Positions 1-12,259 of a stretch of 64,000 nt of DNA are shown here, one piece after another. Made by a program: the position numbers and the translations under genes. The notes under the pieces were generated by a model, which saw only the letters and a program-made list of their open reading frames with translations, made no database searches and was not told the origin of the DNA. The DNA comes from Octopus vulgaris (Eukaryota), in the NCBI GenBank assembly GCA_951406725.2, contig OX597815.1:163680001-163744000 (forward strand), written 5' to 3'. Position 1 is the first letter of the stretch; every line of letters starts with the position of its first letter.

Positions 1-158
1 GTTGCTTCATCAGAAAAAAAAAATTGTTAAAAACAAACAGAAAACAAAAACAACTGTATTATATTGAAACAATATCGGTATAACAAACATCAAGATAAAG
101 TGCCAAACAAAATAAGTGACTCTCTTAATATCAAATACACAAACCCGTTATTCTCCAT

Positions 159-223
<65 letters not shown>

Positions 224-771
224 TACTCTCTCTCTTACTCTTACTCTTTTTCTCGATCACACGTACATATTCGTACACATATTATACATTCAGTTCTTTA
301 ATAGTTGCTAAAAACGTCCCAACATTGAAGTGCTGAAATGTGAGGAAAATAATTTTGATAAAACTCTTTGATCTTTACAAACCAACATTGAATGAAACCA
401 GCCATGACAATTGGCTTTTGCGTTATTTTCAAACAATCTTTTCTACTAACAAACAATGCATGCTAGACCAGACTCTATCCTTGCCCAACTCTCTAACTCT
501 TCCCTCTATCTATACTGGGATATATACGCATTAGATAATCACTGCAGTGTGTTTCATTCTCAATAAGGATAAACCTGGGCCTTCCTGCTGTTGTTTGTCT
601 CAGCGCACCAACTTATAGCATCACAAATATGCTAGAGAAAACCATTATCAAGAAACTACTATAATATCTAGAGTTTCTCTATCTGAAGTGCAGTCTTCAC
701 AGTGGATGTCATCTGGCAAGCAAACACTAACAACATAATATAAGTGGTAAAGTAGTTGTAAAGTTCCAATC

Positions 772-1263
772 CGAGTCATATAGACCCAAGGGCCGGTTTC
801 CGGGTTTCCACGGCGTATATACACTCCATCTGGACGCGACGGCCGTCTATCGCAGCATTACTCATTTTTGCTTGGCGAGTGGACTGGAACGACGAGAAAT
901 GAAATATTTCGCTCAAGAACAAAGCGCATCGCCCAGTCTAGGATTCAAAACCATAATCTTATGATCATGTGTCCAACACCATAACCACTAAGCCACTCGC
1001 CTCCACAAAAGTAAAGTTTTCTTCTCGTGTCATGCCGAATCATAAGGGCCGGTTTCCCAATTTTTATGATATATATATTCCCCATATTGATGGGATGCCG
1101 GTCAGTCGTAGGATTACTCATTTGTTTCAGCTGAGTGGACTGGAGCAACGTGAAATAAAATATTTTGCTCAAGAGCACAACGCGTCGGCTGGTTCCAGAG
1201 ATCGAAACCACAATCTTATGATCATGAGTCCAACACCCTAACCACAAAGCTACGCGCCTCCAC
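772..1263 (-). mobile_element. Two tandem tRNA-derived SINE copies (family C here), ~772-1006 and ~1030-1263
   Basis: Reverse strand of each starts GTGGAGGCG..TGGCTTAGTGGTTA (A-box-like) with a degenerate B-box and shared body TTGAGC..AA..TTTCA..TCCAGTCCACTC; copies are similar to each other and to 27210-27420. Confidence 0.8.
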
Positions 1264-1605
1264 CAGTAACAGTGGTATCAGGTAAAAAAAATGGCCATCC
1301 TTTTGAAGACCCAAAATTACTTCATCTTTCCTAAACAGCAGACATCACACACCGGATCCAATGAAAGATTTACCCTGCTGATTGGCATGAAGTTACCACT
1401 TCACGACAATTTTGACCAGGCGTATGCTCTTCCACCTTGCTCTAATTTCTATCGCTATGTTAGCCTCTGATCCGCTGCACTGGTTGGCCTTATGCAATTT
1501 CCACTCAGACATTCCCCACTCTCCCCCTCTTGTTGTCCATTCTTATCTGCTCACCCCCAGATACCATGCTAACAACTACTCCCCCTCTCTCTCTCTTTCT
1601 CTCTA

Positions 1606-1644
<39 letters not shown>

Positions 1645-2278
1645 ACACTATTTCAATGGCCCTTGTTCCTCAGTTGTAGTTGATTTCATTTCGTTCCACC
1701 TCCGTTCGAGTTCTCTTAACAGACTCAAATATTCAGACCTCGTGGACCTTCCTTGGTTACACCATTCGGGTCTCTTAGAAGATCTTTGGTGTTTTAAAGT
1801 TCCTTCTTTACACCTACAGCTGTTCAAAACGATCCCTTACTCACGACGATCACAAAGCTTATGGAGTGCCTACGAAGGATATTGTTAGAGCGCCTTCCTT
1901 CAAGCAGTCTAATGAAATTAACCTAACAAAATCATAATTATTTTCTCTATACTATAAACTGTGCACTTCTACACTAAATGGAACGAGAAAGAGTCTACAA
2001 TACACAGAAGTATAATATAGTAATATTTTGTGTAATCGATCAAAGAGCACGAGGTAATACATATAAGTAAAACATAACTAAGAATAATACAGGAGGAGAA
2101 CAGGAATTGAAGACATTGTGTAAGCGCTGTCTTTACTACACAGTAAGCATTCACGGAGAAAAAATGCCCCTGAGAACATCGTCAATTCGAAATCGTTTGA
2201 CAGAAATCAGAATGATAATGAATTGTATAATTTATCACAAGCATTCGCCATAGATTTCAAAAATTATGCGCATACGTA

Positions 2279-2439
2279 GGCGCAGGAATGGCTGTTTGGT
2301 AAGAAGCTTGCTTCTCAACCACATGGTCCGGGTTCAGTCCCACTGCGTGACACCTTCGGCCAGTGTCTTCTACTATAGCCAGGAACCGACAAAAGCTTTG
2401 TGAGTCGATTTGGTAGATGGAAACTGAAAGAAGCTTGTC

Positions 2440-2470
<31 letters not shown>

Positions 2471-2720
2471 TGTGTGTGTGTGTATGTGTGTGTGTCTTTG
2501 TGTCTGTATTTCTCAAGCTGCCATCGCTTGACAACTGATCTTGGTGTGATTACGTCCCCGTAACCTAGGGACTCTACAAAAAAAAAAAAACAGATAGAAT
2601 AGGTACAGGTCTCATAAAGAATAGGCCCTGGGTTCCATTTCTTCGAATAAATACCTTTTAAGGTGATGCTCCAGCATAGCTGCAGTCAAATAATTGAAAC
2701 AAGTAAAAGAATAAAAGAAT
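2279..2720 (+). mobile_element. tRNA-derived CORE-like SINE with internal microsatellite (family A here)
   Basis: GGCGCAGGAATGGCTG..GGTAAG head, GGGTTCAGTCCCACTG, CORE-like CCTT.GGC.AGTG, internal (TA)n(TG)n, tail AAGTAAAAGAATAAAAGA; >12 copies in window. Confidence 0.85.
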
Positions 2721-2954
2721 ATAAAAGACACACGCTTTGTATTTTTTCATAGCTCCCATATATAAATTTGACGATTCTTTCTTGTCTTGGAATTCACGGT
2801 CAAACGGCTGGGTGGACTTGCGCGAAAAATTACGCAGATGTGTAGAATGACCCGGTAGTGATGCTGGGCTTTGTATTTTTTCATAGCTCCCATGGTTGCC
2901 GAGATAATCTACTATTATAATATTCTTGTGTTTATAAATGAGAAAGGGAGGTGT

Positions 2955-3813
2955 GATAGATAAATACAAAAGTACAGCTCTCAAAATTACTGCAGAGCTT
3001 ACTGAGTGCCTCGGGAACCCAGTTTTCACAAAAACAGTTCGCCGGGAGTTGCACAAATTCGGATTTCATGGGAGGGCTGCAATCAGAAAACCACTACTTT
3101 CAAAAACAAACGTTGCAAAGCGTTTAGAGTGGAGTGAAAACCAACAGAATTGGTCCCTAGAACAGTAGAAGAATGTTATTTTCTCGGACAAGTCATCCTT
3201 TATCTTAATTCCAACCACCGGCTGAATATACGTGTGGAGACAGCCAAAAGAAGTATTTGACCCAGACTGCCTTCTTCCAGCAGTTAAACATGGAGGAGGA
3301 TCTGTGATGATCTGGGAGGATATATCTTGGAAATCTGCCGACCCAATAATTTTCCTTCATGGCGGAATTAATAGTCAAGACTATTTAAGCATTTTATTTG
3401 ATCAAATTCATCATATGGTTGCGGAACTGTTTCCAGAGGTAAACGCAATCTTGCAGGATGATAATGCACGGATTCACACAGCTAAAGTTGTTACAGAATG
3501 GCATGAGGAACATTCTAGTGAAGTTGAACATCTTATCTGGCTACCACAGTCCCCAGATCTCAATATCATTGAACATTTATTGGTGCATTATAGAAAAGCA
3601 AGTAAGGAGTCGATATCCTCCACCATCATCACTACAAGAACTGGAGACTATTTTAGCTGAAGAATGGACAAAAATTCTTTTGGAAACCAAACTTAGTACT
3701 AGTCCATACCTCGTAGAATTCAAGCTGTAATTACTGCCAAAGACGGTCCTACACCATAGAAAAATAATCTGATTGAAATTTTAATGCGTTTCCATTATTT
3801 TGTCCAACCCTTG
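2955..3813 (+). mobile_element. Decayed, 5'-truncated Tc1-like DNA transposon (DD36E transposase pseudogene)
   Basis: Translation TVRRELHKFGFHGRAAIRKPLLS..KNVIFSDKSSF..VKHGGGSVMIW..QDDNARIH..SPDLNIIEHL with stops at ~3166 and ~3223 and a frameshift near 3580; right end TTTTGTCCAACCCTTG followed by TA. Confidence 0.92.
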
Positions 3814-3823
3814 TACATGTATA

Positions 3824-3864
<41 letters not shown>

Positions 3865-3923
3865 GTATGCATGTATGTATGTATGTATGTATGTATGTAT
3901 GTATTTATGTATGTATGTGCGTG

Positions 3924-3956
<33 letters not shown>

Positions 3957-4189
3957 TTATGTATGTATGTATGTATGTATGTATGTGAGTGTGTATGTAT
4001 GTATGTATGTATGTATGTATGTATGTATGTGCGTGTATAATGTTCGCACTCAGAAACGTGCAAACAAGAAGAAAGTAAGATACAGTGAGCGAGAGAGACA
4101 GACAGAGAAACTGACAGACAGAGACAGAGAGAGAGCGTAAGAAAGATTATAACATGAGCAAAAGATAGAATAAAATAGTGTGTCTTAGC

Positions 4190-4386
4190 GCATGTGATTG
4201 CGCGTGTGAGTGCGCGAGTGAAAAGTCATAGAGAAACGCTGGGCGAAACGTCACGAAACGGTTGGAATACACAGCTGTCAGTGAGGACTCTATCACGGTT
4301 TGATGTTTTCAATATTTCTTTGTTCCACAAGACAATGAGAAGCGAATACCGAGTCTAATAATAACCAGGCTGATATGAAGGTAAGT
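4190..4386 (+). promoter_or_regulatory. Candidate promoter / short first exon ending in a consensus splice donor
   Basis: Locally CpG-rich unique sequence, ACGTCA CRE half-site (~4248), Inr-like TCAGT at 4278, ATG AAG at 4375-4380 directly followed by GTAAGT; no downstream coding exon identified. Confidence 0.3.
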
Positions 4387-4754
4387 AGCTACTAACAATA
4401 TTTTAATTTGCTTCGTGTCATATGATATAATTATATCATGATATCAATAAAATTTCTGGTCTGGTCTGGTCTGATCTTATATACCTGTAGTAATATGGAA
4501 GACAAAGATTTTGCGAAAATATTTTGTCTGGTTGGTTTTGAATATCGAGTTAAAGTAAGATACGTATAAAGCATCCGTGGTATTGTTAAGAAAAGTAATG
4601 ACGATTATCTTCTAAAATTTATCTGAATCCTTTGTTTAATTTTATAAGACCGAAATATATATATATATATACAGGTTATTTTAATTTGCTTCTATATATA
4701 GGCTTTGTAAATGTGCAGTTTCTAGGTACGTGTATGTGTGTATTTGTGTATTTG

Positions 4755-4818
<64 letters not shown>

Positions 4819-5254
4819 GGATTTGTAAGTATTTGTGTAAGCAAATACGTGTGTATAGTGTGTTGGCTTCTAAGAAGTCGAGTCTACCAAGTTTTCAGTT
4901 CTGAACTTCACTTAGAGCTCATCGTAAAAGTGGTTGTGAGCTACGAGTGGGAGTAGGTTTTTTTATATTTCTCTCCTACCCTGGTCCTCCTCTCTTTTCC
5001 CCTTCTCTCTCTCTCTCCCTCTCTCTCTCTCCCTCTCTCTCTCTCTCTCTTGCTTATGCGAATATATATATACATATATATGCGAATATATGTATATATG
5101 TAATGTATGGGTAATATAAGTGTATATATCTGCGTAAACATGTGGAGTGTGAGTGAGGAGTGTTAGACTGTGACATATGTACATGTATATGTGTGTGTAT
5201 ATATATATCCCCCTCTTTCTCTCTCGCCCTTCCACTCTCTCTTCACCGTCTTTT

Positions 5255-5588
5255 TATCTGTTAATGACCGACGAGATCCCCCTTCGGTCATAAAGGACCA
5301 TGAGATTGCACCTAGAATGTTCCCCTCTGAGGCATGGGTCCGGGCCAGGTTGTTTATGGAAGACTAGCAGTCACCCATGCATATCAGCCTCCATTTTCCA
5401 CGTCACCGATGTTATCCAAGGGAAAGGCAAAGGCCGATACAACTTGGCACCAATGACGTCGCAACTCATTTCTACAGCTGAGTGAAGTGGAGCAACGTGA
5501 AATAAAGTGTCTTGCTCAAGAACACAACACACCGGACCGGGAATCGAACTTATGACTGTGAGCTCGACGCTCTAACCACTGGGCCATG
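5255..5588 (-). mobile_element. tRNA-derived SINE (family C-related head, different tail); truncated relative at ~7225-7375
   Basis: Reverse-strand head TGGCCCAGTGGTTAGAGCG..AGTTCGATTCCCGG, TTGAGCAAGACACTTTATTTCACGTTGCTCCA; segment AGGTTGTTTATGGAAGAC recurs at 7228. Confidence 0.75.
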
Positions 5589-5699
5589 TAAAGTTAATGA
5601 CCACGTGTAAAGTATCAGAAGGATTTGACTTACTGGTCACCACTTACATTTCATATCACAGATTATACGCTTGCAATGTTCTGTAAAAAAAAAAGTGTT

Positions 5700-7050
5700 A
5701 CTCAGTAAAAAAAATTGAAAATCTTCGATAATGTTTGTCGGTAAATATTTCCAACTAAGATACTTGCCATTGACCTCCACCCAGTGGCATCCATTATCTG
5801 GAATCGTACCTTCGTTTGCCAGACCTTACTATCATAGTGTGTGTTGTAACCGTGATCTCTAGAGCTGTATTCTGTCAACTTCGTTTTCTCTTTAACGTTC
5901 GACTCTATGCTCTCAAGCCAAATGAAGATCCAATATGAACTTGCAAGACTATGCATTACTAATGAAGTCTAATAATGTCGATAGTTTATTGTATTGTCAG
6001 CGTAAACAGCAAAGATAAGATTTTATAATCAATTTCTCTTTCATGCAGTTCTTGATAAAAGTTTCGTTAACACGGTTGGTGTTTTCTTATTCTTGGAGTA
6101 ATTTTTCATTGATTCCCTACATTCTTTTTTCTATCAGGGGCATCTTCTGCACGAAGAATATATAGTGAAATATATATTCTTCGTGCAGAAGGTGCCCCTG
6201 AGAAAAATTTCCCAGATCAGTTTTCTATAGATAATACTATCATTATCCAGTCTCTGTTGCTTCTAACTTCTGTATATTAACGTGTACATAATCCGGTAGC
6301 TGTTCCTGCTGTGCAGACAATACAAAACTCCCTAGCACATACATTGTGAAATCCATTTCTTTGACATGAATGGTTTCAATGCGTAAACACATCTTCAAAC
6401 TCGGTACAATAGTGACATGACAGATTATTCTAATATTCGAATCCAGCAGCAATAGCTTTTAAGAATAGACACTATATATATGTATAAGAGTTGGATATTT
6501 TCTTTGCATTAAGTACTAACGTAATGAATAAAGGCAATATCCGTATTGGGATGCGGTCGGTAAGCGTTGTTTAACCAGACAGAAGCAAGGGTGGCAACAA
6601 AGGAAGGAAGGAAAAATATTTTTTAAATTACTTCTCACACTAGAGACACGATTACTGTATTTGAGGTCATATAAGCAAGCATGTTTTAACAATATCATAG
6701 GTCCCTGGGCAAATCAATACATTGGACCCTATAGTATTATTTATTGACAGTAATCCATAGCATACATCAGATTTAAACACTGAGACCTGTGAGATCCCTG
6801 GGCAAATCAATGCACTCGGCTCAGTCGTATTTATTAATTGATAGTAATCCACAGCATACGGACGTAGATTCGAATTGGAGCACTAGAACCACTGAGATTA
6901 CTGAGCCAGTCACTGGGTTCTATAGCATTTATGTATTGCCATCCAGCAACAATATACATAGGTCAGAATAGGACCCTTACAACCATGAGGCCCCAGGGCA
7001 AGTGCTCGCTGTGTCCATACCTAAAGAAAGCACTCTATATAGGACGTGCT
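5700..7050 (-). mobile_element. Highly decayed hAT-like (Tip100/ZMYM1-type) DNA transposon
   Basis: Minus-strand remnants LKYSNR..FLCCHPCFCL (TTF zinc-finger-like) and SRDHGYN (cf. RGQGYD); repeated subterminal CCCTGGGCAAATCAAT at ~6703 and ~6796; related terminal remnant ~19090-19330. Confidence 0.4.
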
Positions 7051-7389
7051 TTTCTTCCTTAAAATTGCCAGCCATCCCACCAAAAATATCACCGTGGGTA
7101 ATTTCTGCAAAGTTGGACCTATATTACCTACTTTAAAGAAGTAAAGACCGCCTTCGGACATAAACGACCATGAAATTGCACGTAGAAAGCCCCCCCCCCA
7201 TACACGAGGCGGCACAAGTTCAGGCTAGGTTGTTTATGGAAGACCAACAGTTGCCCATGCATACCAGCCCCACCTCTCCATGCCATCGATGTTGTCCAAG
7301 GGAAAAGTAACCGCCAATACAGCTTGGCACCAGTGATATTGCAACTCATTTTTACAACTGAATGAACTGGAGCACGTGTGTGTGTATGT

Positions 7390-7439
<50 letters not shown>

Positions 7440-7445
<6 letters not shown>

Positions 7446-7478
7446 GTGTGTGTGTAGATATATGTATATATATATGTG

Positions 7479-7509
<31 letters not shown>

Positions 7510-7522
7510 AGATATATGTATA

Positions 7523-7569
<47 letters not shown>

Positions 7570-7603
7570 AGATATATATATATATATGTGTGTGTGTGTG
7601 TAG

Positions 7604-7634
<31 letters not shown>

Positions 7635-7665
7635 AGTAGATATATATATATATATATATGTGTAG

Positions 7666-7730
<65 letters not shown>

Positions 7731-7735
7731 TATGT
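7440..7735. repeat. Compound minisatellite (TG)n-TAGA-(TA)n, about 6 units
   Basis: Recurrent GTAGATATAT punctuating TG/TA runs. Confidence 0.8.
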
Positions 7736-7739
7736 ATTT

Positions 7740-8170
7740 GGAGAGATTTTTCTCGGAGAGTTAAGATTGAGTAAAGAACCTTTTTAGTAAGTCGAAAGAC
7801 ACTAATCTTTGGGAAGAGATTCCACAACATGTGTGTAGCCTTTGCTTTTATAAATGTGCAAGCGCTTTCAGTTCTTAACGTTTTCAAGCACGTGTTATTA
7901 TATATAGTGGAAGTTGTTTTCAGTAAAATTGTTGTTGACTATTTCCGGTTTAGTTTCGGACTCAGAAATCTTATGAAATATTCTTGTTTTGCCTTCCGGA
8001 GAAGGTAGTTCTCTTCATTTATTTTATGAAGAGGGAAAATTCTAAATTTTCTTTGTGCACAGGTGTCCAAATGATTGCTACATGCTATGCATCTTAATTG
8101 GTCAAATTGATGAAGACACCGCTGATGGGAACCCAATAAGGTTCGAAACCGGATTAAGGGTGTTCTTCAT
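7740..8170 (-). mobile_element. Penelope-like element 3' fragment (GIY-YIG endonuclease C-terminus) with opposite-strand hammerhead-like motif at 8110-8170
   Basis: ORF 7939-8136 CSNHLDTCAQRKFRIFPLHK..LRKAKQEYFIRFLSPKLN matches the PLE GIY-YIG tail pattern R..kE..fI....P.LN. Confidence 0.7.
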
Positions 8171-9006
8171 TGTTTAAGTATTTCTCTACGGAGAAATGCT
8201 TAAATTTGACATGTTTTAATTCCTACTGCATAAGTTACATACATGTTTACGTATGCCCTACAGACATACGTACATACACATACATATATATACCCATATG
8301 CTTACATTCACACATAGAGGATCTCAGCATGCTGCCCTGGCATTGCCTGGTCAAGCGGGTCGATGTAGGAAACGCTAAAAGTCAAATTATAAATGAATAG
8401 CTAAAGAGAGACGCAACACTCTGGCGCTGATAAAAATGAAATGAAGACCAACAAATTGTGTGAAAATACAAGACAATAAAAAATTGTGCAGTGGAATGGA
8501 GTGATGTGATAACAAGGCTGAAGACTACTGGCAATAAACAGGAGTTAAAGTGATTGTAATGATAATAAAAAAAATGTCAATGGTCAAATTATTAATAATT
8601 ATTAACATAATTCTAATAATTTCCAACACAAAGCATAAGGGCATGAGGATAATAGCAATAAATATTAGCAATAAATTAATACATGAATAAATTAATAATA
8701 GCAATGTAAATGACAACGTGCTATTGTTGGTGATAATGGTGATGGAAGTAGCCACAATGTCTATGCCACCATCTTTATTTCTGCTTTTCCGTGTTTGCAT
8801 GGATGTAAGAGGTATTATACGATATGGTGTCTCACTATGTGTCACATTTCCTTGTCATTTTTTCCCTAAAGTTCAGATTCTGAAATTAGTTTTCATCACA
8901 TCTGCCTATATCTTCCTCTGTCTATCTTGGTCTTACTCTTCAGAGTTCCATCTTTCGTTTGGATATCTCAGCGATCTTTTACTCAACAGACGTTTTTTTC
9001 ATAATA

Positions 9007-9123
9007 GTGGCATCTTGGGCAAGTGTTTTCTACTAAAACCTCGGGTCAACCAAAGCCTTGTGAGTAAATTTGACAGACAGAAACTGAAATAAACCCGTCG
9101 TATATATATATATACACACATAT

Positions 9124-9197
<74 letters not shown>

Positions 9198-9399
9198 TGG
9201 TGTTTGTGTATGTATGTGTGTATATCTGCGCGTGTCTGTATTTGTCACCTCCTCCGCGTGAATCCAGTGTCGGTGTGTTTACGTCCCTGTAATTAGCGGT
9301 CCGGCAAAGCAGGCTTTAAAAAAAATAAGTCCTAAAATCCTTTACCTCAAGGTGGTGCCCCAGCATGTCCGCAGTCAAATTACATAAACAAGTAAAAGA

Positions 9400-9400
<1 letters not shown>
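9007..9400 (+). mobile_element. Family A SINE, 5'-truncated
   Basis: CTTGGGCAAGTGT..CCAAAGCCTTGTGAGT..microsatellite..ACAAGTAAAAGA. Confidence 0.8.
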
Positions 9401-9447
<47 letters not shown>

Positions 9448-9499
9448 AGATATATATATATATACATACACATACATACATACACACAACGAAATGTGC

Positions 9500-11230
9500 T
9501 CGATTTATTTCCGCTAGCATTTGCATACCCTTTGCTTTCAATGCCTATTTTTTTTATTTACTTCGAAGTTCACATTTCTTATTCTTGTAACATGTAATCT
9601 ACTCTTCCCTCAAACAGGGAAAACTTTTGATGCCAGCGGAGTTAATTCTTTCTACCCGATCCTTATTCTGTCAACTATGTTTTCTGACCGCTCATGTCCA
9701 CTAGCATTTAGGTCACCCACATTACAAACTTGATCAACTGTAGAGTCTGCAAAAAAAATGAAAGCATTGATTTAACTGTTGTCCCCGCTGTTCACTACTT
9801 CTATGAATCAGCTACATATAATATCTTCCTTTACTGTCAGTCTACTGCTGATCCAAATATACCCAAATAACTTGTGGACCCATAGTTTTCAACGGATGCA
9901 CGAAATAAATTTTCTACTTTCACTTTTGCAATATATCGTGCATGGTCATCATTCAGACGGTAGTTCAGTCTTGTCTTCTTTCCCGTTTCGGCTTTATTCT
10001 TGACTATTTACTTAAAGTCTCATAGACTTTGCTTCTACGTTTCTACTTTCTTTTATAAATCTGCAACAGATTCAGTTGCAGTAACCACTTCACCTGATTA
10101 TTAACGGTTTTCCCACAGGAAAATCTCATAAGCCATTTCTTTGCATCTTGTTTTCTTATAGACCACGAGTCTACACAGCACGGTACCATGACAAAGGCTT
10201 TTTTCAGATCCTAAGAATGTGGCTTACTCACAGCTAAAGAACTTTCCTTGTAGGTGTCTCACTAGGAAGTCTGCATTACTGACGCACGTACCCTGTATTA
10301 GTAAACATCAGAATTGCATCTCATCTGAACTAATTCTCTTCTTGAATAGATGTGCTAAAGCTCTTTCTGATACTTTCATGATATATTCCATTAGATTGTT
10401 GTCTCTGTAGTTGCTTCTTTCTGAATCATCTCATTTTATCCTTGTAACAGGTGATGATGTACCAATCATTGTACAATAAGGCGCCTGACTTAGTGATTAG
10501 TGTATTCCGCTTACAATATAAAGGTCGAGAGTTCGATTCCTGGCGGTGCGTTGTGTCCTTGAGCAAGACGCTCCTTTCACATTGTTCCACTCCACTCAGC
10601 TGGTAAAAATGAGTAGTACATGTATTTCAAAGGGCCAGCCTTGTCACACTCTGTGTCACGCTGAATCTCCCTGAGAACAACGTTAAGGTACACTTGTCTG
10701 TGGAGTGCTCAGCCACTTACACGTTGATTTCACGAGCAGGTTGTCCCGTTGATCGGATCAACTTGAATCCTAGTCGTTGTGACCGACGGAGTACCAGTGT
10801 CAATCATTGAATATAATACTACCTGTACTCCTTGGGTGACCATGCCAATAATTAGGTTGATGCTCTACTCCATACTCAGCACCTCAACACCTCATTCCTG
10901 ATAATTCAAAAGTTTTGTTTTTACTTCCATAACCTTAATCGCTGCTTCGATTATGCATCCGTTAAAATCAGTATCCGATCCCTCTTTTTTTCTACACAAT
11001 CCCTTTCTTCACTGTGAGTAGTTTTTCTTAATAAAATGTACCACGCCTCTCTTTTCTCAACATCGTTAAGGATTAATGAAGCGTTAGCATTCCATACACA
11101 GTTGGTGTACATTGACACCTTCATTTACATAAGATCATTTCTAGGCAATTTGCGATATAGCACTTGTTATAGAACACTGGCAAAGCCTTTGCTTTCAATT
11201 TTATTGCTTGTTATTGATACCTACGCCTAC
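9500..11230 (-). mobile_element. Decayed LINE (probably RTE clade), interrupted by a SINE
   Basis: T-rich plus strand implying an A-rich, K/E/R-biased minus-strand coding relic with many stops; no clean catalytic motif recovered by eye. Confidence 0.4.
10478..10797 (+). mobile_element. tRNA-derived SINE (family C head) with degenerate target-site duplication CAATCATTG
   Basis: GGCGCCTGACTTAGTGATTAG..GAGTTCGATTCCTGG..CCTTGAGCAAGAC; CAATCATTG occurs at ~10463 and 10801. Confidence 0.8.
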
Positions 11231-11364
11231 ATACACGAACTTATTATTCAGTCGGGAATGCTGGGAGACAGATATCTATGAACGTGCTTGCAGAACAGAA
11301 GCTAGGCTGAACGGCCATCTGCGTGCACATAGTCATACAAAGTTCAATGACGATATGGCACTTC

Positions 11365-11395
<31 letters not shown>

Positions 11396-11560
11396 TATAT
11401 GCATGCACACACTCACACAAACACACATTTATATATATTATATGTGTGTATGCATGTATTTATATATACATATGTGTGCATGTATAAGTATATGTGTACG
11501 TATGTTTATGTAGATATATATGTGTGTTTATGTGTACGTATATATATACATACACACACT

Positions 11561-11605
<45 letters not shown>

Positions 11606-11929
11606 GTATATAGGAATTAATCTTCTCTTTTCTCTCCTTTGCGCCACATGGGCTCAACTCACCTCCTCTCTCCCTCTGACACCTACTTCTTCTCTTCACT
11701 CCTACTTACCTTCTCTCTTCATTGATACCCTCCACCTACCTCACACACATCATAGTCACTAGTCCCTATCTATACACACATATACTTACACATACTCACA
11801 TACACACAAATCCACGCGCACCTTCATCTTGGGACCACCAATACTATATTATCTTCCCTTCTTTCTACTTATGTCAAACCTTTTTTCCCAACCAGTCGCC
11901 ATGCTTGATCACCAAATCCACACGTTTTT

Positions 11930-12083
11930 AAAATTCTCTCTCTGTTTATTTTCTCATATTCCTTTCTGTTGAAGAGCTTAGGCTCGAAATGTAAAAGACT
12001 TTCTCACTTTCCCGAGCGTCAAACTAATGCACTTGCTTGTTGTTCATACACCTGTCTTCGTCTTTTGTTTTTCTGTAAATTTC

Positions 12084-12087
<4 letters not shown>
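11930..12087 (+). mobile_element. Short hammerhead-motif element (family H), 3' end abutting (TA)n
   Basis: CTTT-CTGTTGA-A-GAGC-TTAG-GCTC-GAAAT-GTA-AAAG at 11962-11997; ends TTCAAC|(TA)n. Confidence 0.7.
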
Positions 12088-12132
<45 letters not shown>

Positions 12133-12207
12133 TGCATATATATGTGTACATATATATGTATACAGATGCAAATATAGTTGAATTGTGATCATATTAACAA
12201 ACGATTG

Positions 12208-12258
12208 CCATGACTCAGAGTTTCATATGAATATCATATTTTCACAATCATCAGACGG
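12208..12258 (-). ncRNA. Minimal type-I hammerhead ribozyme motif with intact core
   Basis: Reverse strand CCGT-CTGATGA-T-TGTGAA..TTCATA-T-GAAA-CTC-T-GAG-TC-ATGG: CUGAUGA and GAAA boxes, GUC triplet, helices I-III. Confidence 0.65.
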
Positions 12259-12259
12259 G

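Noticed and set aside
7440-7735. Regularly punctuated repeat resembling a CRISPR-like array
   Set aside because: Intervening sequence is TA/TG microsatellite, not unique spacers; eukaryotic context with no cas genes
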